Source of the DNA: Octopus vulgaris
Lineage: Eukaryota
Assembly (NCBI GenBank): GCA_951406725.2
Contig: OX597838.1
Span: forward strand, 22,134,001-22,198,000
Length of the DNA: 64,000 nucleotides
Reading direction: 5' to 3'
Below are positions 43,640 to 58,372 of the stretch, one piece after another. The notes beneath the pieces were generated by a model that worked only from the letters and a program-made list of their open reading frames with translations, was not told the origin of the DNA and ran no database searches. Each line of letters starts with the position of its first letter. Position 1 is the first letter of the stretch. The translations under genes were made by a program, and so were the position numbers.

Positions 43640-43900
43640 ATTCATTAAATACGTAGGGGCAACGAATTAATAACTCATTGTGCTTATTAATTACATCTGA
43701 GAATTTTCAACGCCTCTTCCAAAACACAGATTACAGTTTCCAACTCTTCTGTAAGCTATGCACGCCATATAATTGACCATGAAATTGAGTATCGATACTT
43801 TTCCCATTGAGTTCCCTGTTTAATCTAGTAAGCGCGGGTCTATGTTATTTCCTTTTCTATTTAAAGGAATGACAATTATGATATCTGACATTAAGGGCTT
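43640..43900 (-). mobile_element. Decayed Penelope-like GIY-YIG C-terminus
   Basis: Frameshifted YSISWSIIWRA / AYRRVGNCNLC / LEEALKIL / INKHNELLIRCP matches the PLE W.I..Y..C.LC..E..LN.R.E..C pattern. Confidence 0.65.
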
Positions 43901-44399
43901 TGTTAGATGATTTAAACGAGTATTCATATCTTTCTCTTTTATCTTTCACTTGTTTCAACCATCAGACTGCAACAGTAGTTGAACGGTGATGTAAACAACA
44001 CAGCCAATTTAGGTTAGATCTGCGAATTTATCATTTGTTACAAACACTTCTACTGTCGCTAATAATTAATTCATTTGTAGTCCGCCAGCTTTACGCCACA
44101 TCACTGGTTGTTTCGCCATTATTATACTATATCGTTTCAACTGATTTTCTTTTTGGTATTCGGAGCGAGACAGGCTAACGCTGATGATGGGCAAAAGCGG
44201 CGAAATCCTGTGATGCGTTAGTGCAGATGATCATCTCGCCAGACGATTTAGTCGGCATTTAATTAGCACGTGTCGTCAACGTGAGATAAAATCGCTAAAT
44301 GCTAACAGCAGTTTAAGGCGAATTTGAACAACACATCCAATTTATGTTGGCCGGACTAATTATCATTCGCTAAAAACCCAACTACTAATAGCTAACAAA

Positions 44400-44746
44400 A
44401 ACACACACACACACATAAATACTTACATACATACATACATACATACATATATACATACAAACATACATACATACATACACATACATACAAAGATACATAC
44501 ATACATACATACATACATACACACACATACAAACATACATACATACATACATACATACATACATACATACACACATACATACATACATACATACATACAT
44601 ACATACATACATACATACATACATACATACATACATACATACATACATACATACATACATACAAACATACATACATACATACATACAAACATACATACAT
44701 ACATACATACATACATACAAACATACATACATACATACATACATAC

Positions 44747-44777
<31 letters not shown>

Positions 44778-45100
44778 CATACATACATACATACATACAT
44801 ACATACATACATACATACATACATACATACATACAGACAGACATACAGACATACATACATACATACATACATACAAATACATACATACATACATACATAC
44901 ATACATACAAACATACATACATACATACATACATACATACATACATACATACATACATACTTACATACATACATACATACATACATACAAACATACAAAC
45001 ATACATACATACATACAAACATACATACATACATACATACATACAAACATACATACATACATACACCCAAACATACATACATACATACATACATACATAC

Positions 45101-45131
<31 letters not shown>

Positions 45132-45224
45132 CACACAAACATACATACATACATACATACATACATACAAACATACATACTTACATACAAACATACATAC
45201 ATACTTACATATATACATACATAC

Positions 45225-45255
<31 letters not shown>

Positions 45256-45435
45256 CATACATACATACATACCCATACATACATACATACATACATACAT
45301 ACATACATACATACATACATACATACATACATACATACATACACATACATACATACACACAAACATACATACATACATACATACATACATACATACATAC
45401 ATACATACATACTTACATACATACATACATACATA
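44400..45435. repeat. ~1-kb (TACA)n microsatellite
   Basis: Visible array. Confidence 0.97.
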
Positions 45436-45599
45436 AACACATATATGATTTTAATACTTTTCTTATTGTTCTGCATTTGTACATCTACATATATTTCCTT
45501 CTAATTTGTTTCTCTTAACTCTCACCCTTTTTGTTTTTTTCTCCCTTTTTTTTATGGTGGGATGATTTTCACTATTAGTGACCGAATTACTATAATTAC

Positions 45600-46000
45600 T
45601 CTAGTAAACCATTATTAGAGCAACCTCCAACTCTTTCGAGTTTTGAAATATTTACAGTATACCTTATCTTTATTCAGATATAAATTTATTCCCTGGATTC
45701 TAAGGCCCAGCTAATTAGCATAAAAATCTATTCTAAGAAACACAATAGCATAAATTAAGAGACAATCTATTAGTTACACCTGAACTATAGTAAGGAATAG
45801 ACTGACCTTTGGAATTCAAGCCGAACAAAAGATCTTTTTCTTCAACCATAGCTAAATAAATATCAACGACCGTGTGGTATTCGATTTTAAGGGTTAGTTT
45901 ACATCTAGCTACAATACGATGCGCATATAACAATATCACTACGAACTTCCTCACATCTTGTCCTAACTGGCCTGACAGACGTAACTCTGAGGAAAGTCTA
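45600..46000 (-). mobile_element. Possible very decayed PLE endonuclease end
   Basis: YHTVVDIYL..EEKD..SIPYY..NLC..LNKD loosely follows the same C-terminal pattern. Confidence 0.3.
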
Positions 46001-46102
46001 ATATAATATCCAGATTTTTCTCTAATCTCCACAGTCGCGAACAGCCCAGGTAAACGTTTGACTCAGAGTAGATTACCATCGTTGATGAAATGAGCCGACT
46101 GA

Positions 46103-46136
<34 letters not shown>

Positions 46137-46152
46137 TATATATATATATGTG

Positions 46153-46187
<35 letters not shown>

Positions 46188-46202
46188 ACATATATATATA
46201 TA

Positions 46203-46263
<61 letters not shown>

Positions 46264-46266
<3 letters not shown>

Positions 46267-46356
46267 GGAGTAAACACTAGCAAAAACTGTCTGATGAACG
46301 GCAACGAGTAACTCAGAGTAACAGATTTTGTTGAATTTTCTGCTGCTTTAAATAAA

Positions 46357-46358
<2 letters not shown>
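46264..46358 (+). mobile_element. Family H element in (TA)n with mutated hammerhead (46287-46324)
   Basis: CTGT-CTGATGA-ACG.gcaa.CGa-GtAA-CTCAGAG-TA-ACAG; (TA)n on both sides. Confidence 0.7.
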
Positions 46359-46415
<57 letters not shown>

Positions 46416-46427
46416 GAGAGAGTGTGT

Positions 46428-46728
<301 letters not shown>

Positions 46729-46808
46729 TAAACATGTGTATATGCACATATTTTTATACTTGCATATACTTATATATACACATATATGCATTTGTATATA
46801 TATAAATA

Positions 46809-46840
<32 letters not shown>

Positions 46841-46967
46841 CGTAGGGAATGTATAAGCATACATATATACATATAAGCATATATATATGTATATATATAT
46901 ATGCATGCACACATGCGTATATCTATCTATCTATTTAGCTATCTCTCTTTCTCTGTATATATGAATA

Positions 46968-47011
<44 letters not shown>

Positions 47012-47094
47012 TTAATTTAATATACAAATTGCTTGTCGCCATGCTGACTACCAGATAATTATAATTAACATGATGTTTATCCTTATATATATAT

Positions 47095-47240
47095 AGTTGA
47101 AGTTTATAGAAAAACAAAAGACGAAGGCAGGTGAAGGAACAACTAGCAAGTGTAATCGTTTGATGCTCGCGAAAAATGAAGTCTTTTATGTTTCGAGCCT
47201 ACGCTCTTCAACAGAGAGGAATATAAGAAAATTTTTTTTA
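47095..47240 (-). mobile_element. Family F repeat with hammerhead-like motif (47183-47218)
   Basis: Minus strand CTCT-CTGTTGA-A-GAGC.gtag.GCTC-GAAA-CA-TA-AAAG. Confidence 0.72.
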
Positions 47241-47971
47241 AACTTGTGGATTTCAGCGGTCCAGCATATATAGATATATGTATACACATGCATATTGCAT
47301 GCATGTGTATACTACACATACATACACATAATGACATCAAGTCCGGAGATTTTCAGATTCTGAAATCCTTCTTCGTTTCTCATTCGAAATAAATCATTCA
47401 CATTTGCTCACAGGACGTTGTCCCCATTCGCTCGAACAGACGGACTAACTGGAGAATGAATTTACACTTTTAAGCTCGATACTTGTTCTTTTCTTTTCTT
47501 TTTTTCTTTTTTTATTTTGTTCGTAAGTCTTTCACTTATCGGTCGCTTCCGCTGAACCGCTAAGGTACGCCGAATTTTACAAACAAAGACCCACACTCAC
47601 ACTAAGCTATATTGAGAAACACTTGGTCTCGGTGTTGCACAGGAGAACTCAAGTAGAAACCTGTAATTTAAAAGGCAGTTTCTGAAACACACAGGTTTGC
47701 ATACGCCTATTCAGTAATTCCGTATACAAACCCATATACTGTTCGGATGTGAGCTGACACTATTCTGTTCTGAAAATCTCGGTCATAAGAATATTTCGTT
47801 ATATTCTTTAAAGAATCTGGTTTCTCGCATGACTAAATTCTACCAGCCCGAAACCAGCAAACCAAAGGCGTTGAAGCTATTTCTTTACAGAAATTTCTAT
47901 AGACTCTTCTCTCATTAGTTGCGTGTGTTTGCGTGTGTCACTCTCTTTCTCTCTTACTTTCTTTCTTTCTC

Positions 47972-48015
<44 letters not shown>

Positions 48016-48049
48016 TTTCTTGCTCACTTCATATATACTTATATATATA

Positions 48050-48105
<56 letters not shown>

Positions 48106-48136
48106 TGTAAATAGAGAGACAGACTAACAAATAGAC

Positions 48137-48256
<120 letters not shown>

Positions 48257-48284
48257 GGATAGATGCATATGTGTGTATATGCTT

Positions 48285-48488
48285 GTGTGTGTGTGTCCCC
48301 AACATCGCTTGACAACCAATACTGGTGTGTTTACGTCCCCCGTAACTTAGTGGTTCGGCAAAAGACACTGATAGAATAATTACTACGGTTACAAAGAATG
48401 AGTCCTGGGGTCGATTTGCCCGCCTAAAGGCGGTAATCCAGCATGGCGGCAGTCAAATGACTGAAACAAGTAAAAGAGTAAAAGAGTA
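48285..48488 (+). mobile_element. SINE family A, 3' half
   Basis: CCCCAACATCGCTTGACAACC..GTAAAAGAGTAAAAGAGT. Confidence 0.88.
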
Positions 48489-48612
48489 TGACATATATAG
48501 GTACTAGTATAAGGAGGAAATACTAATTTGAGTCTTTGCGGAAAAAATAATCCAAATAGATGAACTGAGATAAATTAGAATATATAATATATATAATATA
48601 TAAAACGATACA

Positions 48613-48918
48613 CGTCGCCCTTTTCAAGCCTAGCCAGGTTCATGGGCCTGGTTTCCCGGTTTCTGTGACGTATGTGTTCCCCCCTGCTAGACGGGACGCC
48701 AGTCTATCGCGGCGTTACTCAAGAAACAGGAAGAGAGAGTGAGAGAAAGTTGTGGCGAAAGAGTACAATAGGGATCGCTACCACCTACTGCTGGAGCCTC
48801 GTGGAGGTTTTAGGTGTTTTCGCTCAATAAACACACACAAGGTCCGGTCTGGGAATCGAAATCGCGATCCTCCGACCACGAGTCCGCTGCCCTAACCACT
48901 TGGCCATTGCGCCTCCAC
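48613..48918 (-). mobile_element. SINE, head C plus tail D
   Basis: Head C up to CTTCCTGTTTC, then GAGTAACGCCGCGATAGACTGGCGTCCCGTC..GGCTAGGCTTGAAAAGGGCG. Confidence 0.88.
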
Positions 48919-48949
48919 ATATAATATATATATATATACATATATATAC

Positions 48950-48980
<31 letters not shown>

Positions 48981-48985
48981 CATAA

Positions 48986-49036
<51 letters not shown>

Positions 49037-49098
49037 TACATATATATATACATATATATATACATATATATATACATATATATATATACATATATATG

Positions 49099-49165
<67 letters not shown>

Positions 49166-49181
49166 GCATATATATATATAC

Positions 49182-49256
<75 letters not shown>

Positions 49257-49344
49257 ATATATATATTTCTGAATGCAAAGTTTAAGAACAATGCTTTATA
49301 ATTCATGGTCATTCTAACTAGGTTACTTTGTTTTAACGTTGCAG

Positions 49345-49445
49345 ATGGAAGTAAAATTTAAAATTTAACTTAGATTTAACCGTGAATGGAACGGATCGAT
49401 CTGTCGCAAAAAATAAATGTTTTGAAACACTTATGGCGACAGGAA
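49345..49445 (+). other. Candidate host-gene exon
   Basis: Branch-like TTCTAAC near 49312, acceptor TTTGTTTTAACGTTGCAG, donor GAA|GTAAGT; ATG at 49386 is open to the donor (MERIDLSQKINVLKHLWRQE). Confidence 0.4.
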
Positions 49446-50175
49446 GTAAGTACGTCACTTAATATATTAACGAGAAAATCCTTATTCCCGTCTAATATTC
49501 GAGTGATACTCTGTTGAACAAATTACACGCTACCCGACCTCCCTGGTACAGACTACCAGTCTTAATGATTGATCATGAGACATTATTATGCGATATATTT
49601 TTGGTTTTGCGACCAAACTTATATCGTATTACCGATATCCTATTAAAGTATTAAACTTATCGTATTAACGTGGAGATGCGCTTAGCGTTAGAGAAAGAGT
49701 TACGTTCCATGTAATAGCACTTTAAATGAATTGAAATTCTGCGATTTCCATCGATTTTACATGCTGTTGCTTTTACGCTTTTGAGTAATATTGCCTGACA
49801 ACGTACACCTGTACGCAAAATATGCATTATAACAACAACGATTTACTGCATATCTGAAACAGCTGTAAAGATATATGTACATGCTGTAAATGTGTGTAGC
49901 ATCTCATATACACGCTTTCTTTACAACTATAAATTTCTATCACTATTCCTTCTATTAATATCTGACCAATGTATTTTTCTTCTGCTAGACTCATCTGCTT
50001 CTTAGGTACTGTATCCTGATTGGAGATTAAAAATTCGATCTAACAGAGAACTAAATGAGTGCTTGCACTAGCTTAAGTTAATAAAGTTCATAAGATACTT
50101 CATTATTCCTTTGTCATCTCTTTTCTTGTTACTGTTCTGTACTGGAATAACGCTTGATTTAGAAGCATACGGATA

Positions 50176-50696
50176 CAGTAAATCTTCGAGTATTATCTGC
50201 CACTGAGTATAATACGCAGGGGATTTTTAGGGGGCTGTACTTCTGAAAAACCTAAACCTTGTGTATAATACGCACTCCTTCTCTAACTTGAGTCGTGCGT
50301 AATTTAGCCAGCAGTACCTAGTCGAACAAACACTTCCGCGCATGCGTAATACAATAATGGTGATTTTCTTAACTGTTATATGGGAGTATAAATATGTTTG
50401 CAAATTGTTTTTGTTACATGTTATTCTGTGTTCTGAATACTTTTATTTTAATAAATGTTGCTTTCTGCAAGTTATGGATGATTCTTTTATGAATTCATTG
50501 CTTTCAGGCTTAGCTTAAGGTATTTTCGCGCCCGGCATCACAAAATGCGTCTGAATAAACATTGCCGGACAGCAAATAGAGACTCGGACATTGCTTAGAA
50601 AATATTTTTCACTTTTAGCCTCGTATATAGTACGCACTAAGGATTTTGGCTTTAAATTTGGGGAGCAAAATGCGGATTATACTCGGGGATTTACGG
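50176..50696. mobile_element. Tc1/mariner-superfamily (Tc2/pogo-like) MITE
   Basis: TA-flanked TIRs CAGTAAATCTTCGAGTATTATCTGC / GCGGATTATACTCGGGGATTTACGG; subterminal GTATAATACGCA repeats. Confidence 0.8.
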
Positions 50697-51123
50697 TATT
50701 TAGTTCTAAGCCAGGTTGTTAGTATCGCAATTCCTAAGCGAAATATATGCATTGTTTAAGCCTATAGGTATAGATTTTCCGTAGAATTCAGATCCACCAC
50801 TGAAAGTTACGAGGTTTCATATGTCTATGGTTTATGGAAGAATCCTAAACGCCCCAACGTGACCGAAAGCAGACTAACAGATTTCAATGAATAAGAATTG
50901 AGTGAACTGTCAGGAGTGTAGCTGAATGTGTTAGCTCCACTGTGTTAATAAAACGCGTTAGTTAAACGTGCGTTGGTTTAACAGTCTGTAGTTGAACAGT
51001 GAATGCTGAGAATCGCACCTACCTTCAAGTAGTACGGAGTGCGTTCTGGGTTAACATATTTCTGCGATAGGTTATTTTTTAGATACTACAACCAACTATT
51101 TATTTGTTCTAGATAGATAGATA

Positions 51124-52085
51124 TGTTTCTTTATTAGCCACACAGGGCTGCACACAGATAGAACAAATTACAAGGTAGAGCTTTTCTTTTGAAGGTAAAA
51201 AAAAATAAAAATAAATAAAAATAAAAAAAGGGGGGGTCGATCAAAAGGGATCGTAAAAGGAGAGAAAGAGGACAAAAAAGTGGGGGGGGGGTTAAAAAAA
51301 GGTGGAGAGGAAAAAAATTGATCAATAGGGATCGTTATCACAGAAATGTCAATATGAAGTGTAAAGGGGAGGACAGGTGAGGTTTACCCGTGGAAAGAAA
51401 AGCCTACGGAAAAGACCACGGTAACCTCGGTCAATGGAGTCACATGTTATATTTCTTTTTTTTTTTTTGCAAATAAGCAACTCTCTGTTTTCAATTTCTG
51501 GGTTCATAGGATCATGCTCAAGGTGGCTTCGTCATTCATACGTGCCATTCTTGCTACATTCACCCATCTTTTTTTAAAACATTCGCTAGACAAAACTTGC
51601 CTCTCTACTCTCACTTTCCTTTTCAAGTGGTACTTGAAGAAGTTGATGAGAGATTGACCAGAGAGGAAAGTGTTTGTCTCCAATCCTTTCAGACGCGTCC
51701 ACCAGATACATTCTTTCGCCATAGCCACAAGGATGATGAAAATAGCTCTTCCTTCCCGTTTGAAGGAAGGAGGCGTGACAATATTGACGATAGACTCAGC
51801 TGATAAACCGACTCGTCCCACACGTGACAGCAGTTGTTCGACATAAGCCCACAGGTCGGAAATTGTTGGACACTGCACGAGTGCGTGCAGAACGGTTTCG
51901 TCGCTCTGACCGCATCTCGGGCAGGTCGGCCCCGTGTTTCTCGAGCCGTGTCTGTACAGCTTGTTCCGAACGGGTAGCGCTTCTCGGTAGCACTGCCAGG
52001 CCAGGGATCTCTGGAAGTTGTCCATGGGCCCTGGCCCGAAAGTCGTCCTGAACAGGCGGGTCAGGTACTCCTCGTCGACGTCCAG
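51124..52085 (-). mobile_element. 5'-truncated L1/Tx1-clade LINE (zf-RVT C-terminus plus 3' UTR) in (GATA)n
   Basis: Open frame to the stop at 51504: W..YREALPV..CPRCGQSDETVLHALVQCP..W..IWWTR; GATA repeats at both junctions. Confidence 0.9.
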
Positions 52086-52121
52086 ATAGATAGATAGATA
52101 GACAGATAGATAGATAGATAT

Positions 52122-52239
<118 letters not shown>

Positions 52240-52529
52240 GGACAGATAGATAGATAGATAGATATGTAGGTAGGTAGGTAGATGGATAGATAGATAAAGA
52301 TGTACATATATATATTTATATACACACACGCGCGCACTAACATGCATGTATACATACACGCACATTCACATGATTTTATGGTAAGTGAAAGAGAGAGAGA
52401 GAGAGGGGGGAAGGAGAGACAGAGAGGGGAGGAGAGAGAGGGAAAGGAGAGAGATAGATAAGCAGAGAATTTCATGTAAAAAGCATTTATATTTTTTTAC
52501 TTCGCTATGTTGAGACAATAAGGCTAGCA

Positions 52530-52622
52530 AATATGATTATGACGGCGATGACAGCGAAGATGGATGATGATGGTGATAAGGATGCGGATGATGAAGATGA
52601 CGACGACGACGACGACGACTAC

Positions 52623-52695
<73 letters not shown>

Positions 52696-52708
52696 GTGGT
52701 GATGATGG

Positions 52709-52791
<83 letters not shown>

Positions 52792-52955
52792 GCGATGGCG
52801 ACGACGACGACGACGACGATGACGATGATGATGATCATGATGATCATGATGATCATGATGACGACGATGATGACGATGATGATGATGATGATGACGATGA
52901 TGATGACGATGATGACGATGATGACAACGATGATGACGATGATGATGATGATATT
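52530..52955. repeat. (GAT/GAC)n microsatellite
   Basis: Visible array. Confidence 0.95.
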
Positions 52956-53027
52956 AATACGGAGACTACGACAAATCTGATGCCTCAGGGGTTTGTGGTA
53001 GAAACATATGCAAACACACAAGCACAA

Positions 53028-53064
<37 letters not shown>

Positions 53065-53263
53065 AGCACATAGACACACACACACACACACACACAAGCA
53101 TTATGTTGTAGCTAAAACCTTATTACTGATCTACAGTTGTAGACAAGCCGTCACTGCAAACACCGACCAATGCACAAACCCGTCCTACCCCCATCATATG
53201 TACAAACATTACTGCGAACAAGACCACCATCACCACCACCACCACCGTCCACACTACCACCGC

Positions 53264-53357
<94 letters not shown>

Positions 53358-53570
53358 GCCATCACCGACATCACCGACACTAGCACTCCTTGCACCACAA
53401 TAATAACTAGCGCAACCAGCATCACGACAACCGTTACCGCCATCGTCACGATAAACGCCACCAATAGCGAAGACAGAGCCTAACACGACAACCATATCTA
53501 AAAAAAATGCCAATATCGCTCCCAGCTAACGTAAACAGACACACATAGTGTTACACACATTTCTATACGG

Positions 53571-53708
<138 letters not shown>

Positions 53709-53765
53709 ATATTAATATATATATACGCATGAATATAAATATATTTATGTATATATATATATATA

Positions 53766-53822
<57 letters not shown>

Positions 53823-53928
53823 GATATATGTATATATATATATATATTTATGCTTATATAAATATGCATACATGTATACAGACACATACACATATATGTG
53901 TATATATACATGTATATACATACATACA

Positions 53929-53991
<63 letters not shown>

Positions 53992-54395
53992 CGATATGAC
54001 GATAATAAAAAACACGATTGAAGCACACAAATCACACCAAAAAACGCAAATAAAGAATTCCTCCCCTCACGACAACTCTTCCTCTTCCTCTCACTCTCAC
54101 CCACTTCGTTTCACTCCTACGTCCTTCCGTCACCGTCTCTCTCGTTACATTTCCCACCACCGTCACCACCACCACCACCACCACCGTCACCACCACCACC
54201 ACCACCATCATCGCCACCATCATCATCAAATTGTGTCTCTCCAAGAATCAACAATATTTGATTCTTCTCCACTAAGAATTGACGGAGCATGAATACGTAT
54301 ATAAACTGCGCTAACATACACACGTACTTACGTTTGTGAACCTGCTGGTTTACATATACAAACGCAAACATATATATTCACGCAGACAGGCACAC

Positions 54396-54478
54396 ACAAA
54401 TTTACATGTATATATACACACATACAAATATAATGTATATATACACAGACGTCAATGTATATGCCTATAATCATATTT

Positions 54479-54542
<64 letters not shown>

Positions 54543-54598
54543 TGACGTCTGTGTATATATACATTATATTTGCATGTCTGTATATATATATGTAAATT

Positions 54599-54601
<3 letters not shown>
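54396..54601. repeat. ~65-bp inverted repeat around (CA)n(TA)n
   Basis: ACAAATTTACAT..ACACAGACGTCAATGTA versus TACATTGACGTCTGTGT..ATGTAAATTTGT. Confidence 0.85.
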
Positions 54602-54644
<43 letters not shown>

Positions 54645-54687
54645 TATACATATGTATGTATAATATATAAATGCATATTTATGTATA

Positions 54688-54725
<38 letters not shown>

Positions 54726-54902
54726 TAGACATGCGTATATACATGTACACATTATTTATATATTTATATATACGTATACACACATATATATGCGTATATG
54801 CATACACACATTATATATACAAATATATGTGCATATACGTATATGTATATGTTTGTGTATCTATCTATCTATCCACATGTATGTATGTTTATATATATGT
54901 TG

Positions 54903-54953
<51 letters not shown>

Positions 54954-55641
54954 CATGCATGTATGTATGTATGTATTTATGTATGTATGCATGTATATAT
55001 GTATGTATGTATATTTGCATGCACGAAAGCGGATAAATATGGATACGTACATACTTAATCTCTTAAACATACATTAAATGACTAAAACATATATACACAT
55101 ACTCACATGCCACGTACAGACGCACCGACAGCAATATTTGCATAGACTTTCAGTCACACACACAGACACACACATACACACACACACACACACACATAGA
55201 TTCGTATGTTTTTTTTTTTAAGTACGCAACCTATAGACTCAAGCATATTCCTATGCACATGTTCGAACGCACGTCACGTCTCCGAGGAGATATGCTGTGA
55301 CATACTCGCCCACTGAACATTAAGTCACATGATGCTAAGTCGAACTGATGTCATGTGTGTGTGTGTGTGTGTGATGTTCATAATTAAGGGTACCTATGCT
55401 TCAAGAATGTTTTCTGTCTGAAATAAGTAAAAGAAAAATTATTAAAAAGCATTCATCAATTATTAAATATGTCGAAATTCACCTAAAATTGAATTAAAAT
55501 ACTATGATAAAATTGCATTTCAAAAGACAACACTTAAGAGAGGCCATTATTTTTGGAACAACATAATATATACAGGTATGTTGGTTTGATAAGTGCCAAT
55601 GAAAGAAACTCTCGTACCTTGAGTCACTGTGTTGCTTCTGC

Positions 55642-55725
<84 letters not shown>

Positions 55726-55766
55726 GAAATAATGAAGTTGAACGACGATTTAACAAAATTCCTTTA

Positions 55767-55849
55767 TTCTCGACGTATGTTTCGAAGGCTGCATATTCCT
55801 AATTTCGAAGGAATAAGGGGTGCATTATGCCGCCTTCTCATCAGGAAAA
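55767..55849 (-). ncRNA. Canonical hammerhead with extended stem II and GUC site
   Basis: Minus strand TTTTC-CTGATGA-GAAGGC..GCCTTC-GAAA-CATACG-TC-GAGAA, within a ~200-bp island bounded by (TA)n. Confidence 0.82.
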
Positions 55850-55933
55850 ACAAGGAACTTATGTCAGCAACAAGATGAACAAAAACTCTTAGATGACTGC
55901 CCACACGGAGTCCATATCGATATATATATATAT

Positions 55934-56134
55934 CAGGACGCCATGATAGATCGTTAGCTCCTACACGCATTTTTTCTCTCCTTGTTTCTCTCCTTTTTTT
56001 TCTGTGTATCTTTCTGTCGAAGAGCGTAGGCTCGAAGCGTAAAAGACTTTTTCTATTCTTGAGCGCTAAACTAATACGATTGCTTGTTTGTACTCCACCT
56101 GCCTTCGTCTTTTGTTTATTTTCGTAAACTTTCC

Positions 56135-56138
<4 letters not shown>
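55934..56138 (+). mobile_element. Family F repeat in (TA)n with hammerhead-like motif (56009-56046)
   Basis: TCTTT-CTGTCGA-A-GAGC.gtag.GCTC-GAAG-CG-TA-AAAGA; (TA)n on both sides. Confidence 0.75.
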
Positions 56139-56185
<47 letters not shown>

Positions 56186-56219
56186 ATGTGTGTGTATGTA
56201 TGTATGTATGTATGTATTT

Positions 56220-56880
56220 GTCAGGTCGCTCTTGGGTGCTACTGGTAACATGTAACTCAGTACATCCTGTTGCATGGTCGAATCATCGGCGACTATCATC
56301 ATCATTGTTCGACCGTGGTCGAAACAATGGAATTTACCATGCTACGCCAGACTTCACGGTCCATCATAGCATTACGGAGGTCCTGTTGCTGGATGCCTGT
56401 ATCCCTGGAGATTACATCAGGCTAGGAGAGTGTGCGCCCTCTGGTATTGCGAGTAGATGGCTTCCAGAGGAGAAGAGTAGAAATTACTTCTTTTTCAGCT
56501 CTACAACAATGTCCAGCAAACTGGACTCTCCTACCTTTCACAAGAGATGACACAGGTGGTAGCTTCCCATATATTCGGCGACTATATGGACAACCTCATC
56601 AAGCTTGCTTGGTGTAGAGGGAGATTGTTGGAGATCCTGCAGGACGTAAAATAATACTTGCCAAAGGGCGGAAGAGCTGATGAGCAGTTAATGACCATCC
56701 AACAATATGTGTACATATATATGTATGCATGTACGCATGCGCGGGGGCGTAGAAATACCTGGGTTGGTATCCAGGCACGCGGTATTCCTCTGGAAGAGGG
56801 AAACTCTGAGAGAAAACCTGCGACACTGAGAATATTCGATGATGCAGACTAGATCTTCTTTTCGAGTTTATGTTGTCCAT
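56220..56880 (-). mobile_element. RTE-clade LINE 3' fragment
   Basis: PPVSSLVKGRRVQFAGHCCR..LLLWKP..AMMDREVWR, then 3' UTR ending at (TACA)n. Confidence 0.85.
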
Positions 56881-56925
56881 GTTCGTAGAATGGGATTGGA
56901 TTTGTGCAAATCATGCACAGAGGCA

Positions 56926-57325
56926 GGCGCAGGAGTGGCTGTGTGATAAGTAGCTTGCTAACCAACCACATGGTTCCGGGTTCAGTCCTACTGCGTGGCA
57001 TCTTGGGCAAGTGTCTTCTGCTATAGCCCCGGGCCGACCAATGCCTTGTGAGTGGATTTGGTAGACGGAAACTGAAAGAAGCCTGTCGTATATATGTGTA
57101 TGTGTGTGTATATGTTTGTGTGTCTGTGTTTGGTCCCCCTAGCATTGCTTGACAACCGATGCTGGTGTGTTTGCGTCCCCGTCACATAGCGGTTCGGCAA
57201 AAGAGACCGATAGAATAAGTACTGGGCTTACAAAGAATAAGTCCCGGGGTCGATTTGCTCGACTGAAGGCGGTGCTCCAGCATGGCCGCAGTCAAATGAC
57301 TGAAACAAGTAAATAAAGAATAAAG
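56926..57325 (+). mobile_element. SINE family A, full length
   Basis: Complete copy; AGAGGCA on both sides as a probable TSD. Confidence 0.95.
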
Positions 57326-57454
57326 AGAGGCATCGCTTCAAACAAAAGTAAAACTTATGACAAAAATGGGTGGTCGTAGCCTTCGCATGTGCGGGATTTT
57401 CGATCAGGCGATGGCAATACTCGAACACGAGTTTGCAGCCATCATGTCTTCATG

Positions 57455-57528
<74 letters not shown>

Positions 57529-57549
57529 ATATATATAATATATACATAT

Positions 57550-57716
57550 TCTTTTACTTGTTTCAGTCATTTGAGCACCGCCAGGACTTAATCTTTGTAA
57601 GTCTAGTACTTAATTTATCATTCCCTTCGGCCGAACTACTACGTTACGAGGACGTAAACAAACCAGCATCGGTTGTCAAGCGATGGCGGGGAGACATAAA
57701 TACATACATGTATAAT

Positions 57717-57747
<31 letters not shown>

Positions 57748-57908
57748 CGGGCTTCTTTCAAATTCCGTCTCCGAAATCCACTCTCAAAGCTTTTGTCGGC
57801 CCGAGGCTATTGTAGAAGACACTCGGGCAAGGTGCCACGCAGTGGGACTGAACGCGGAACCATGTGGTTGGGAAGCAAGCCTCTTACCACACACCCACTC
57901 CTCCGCCT
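57550..57908 (-). mobile_element. SINE family A, near full length, inverted relative to the 56926 copy
   Basis: Reverse-complement match; a further degenerate copy lies at about 58060-58330. Confidence 0.88.
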
Positions 57909-57910
57909 AC

Positions 57911-58059
<149 letters not shown>

Positions 58060-58372
58060 CTTTTATCTTTCATATCTTTCAGAGCCCGATATCCTTTGCC
58101 GAGCCGCTAAGCTACGGGGACGTAAACACACGACACTGGATATCAAGCGGCGGGATGGGGATATACACAAACACACACGCACACACACACAGACACACAC
58201 ACACACACACGCACACAAATATACGGTAGCCTTTTTTCATTCTCCGTCTACCAAATATTTGGTCGGCCCAAGATGATAACAGATGAGAAGTTGCCTGGCA
58301 GTGGGACGGAACACCGAACCTTGTGGAGTACTCTGCATATTAAATGATATTTAAACACACTATTTAAATACG

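Noticed and set aside
44181-44210. CTGATGA..GAAA motif (similarly CTGATGA at 32666)
   Set aside because: The required stems cannot be formed; treated as a chance core match.
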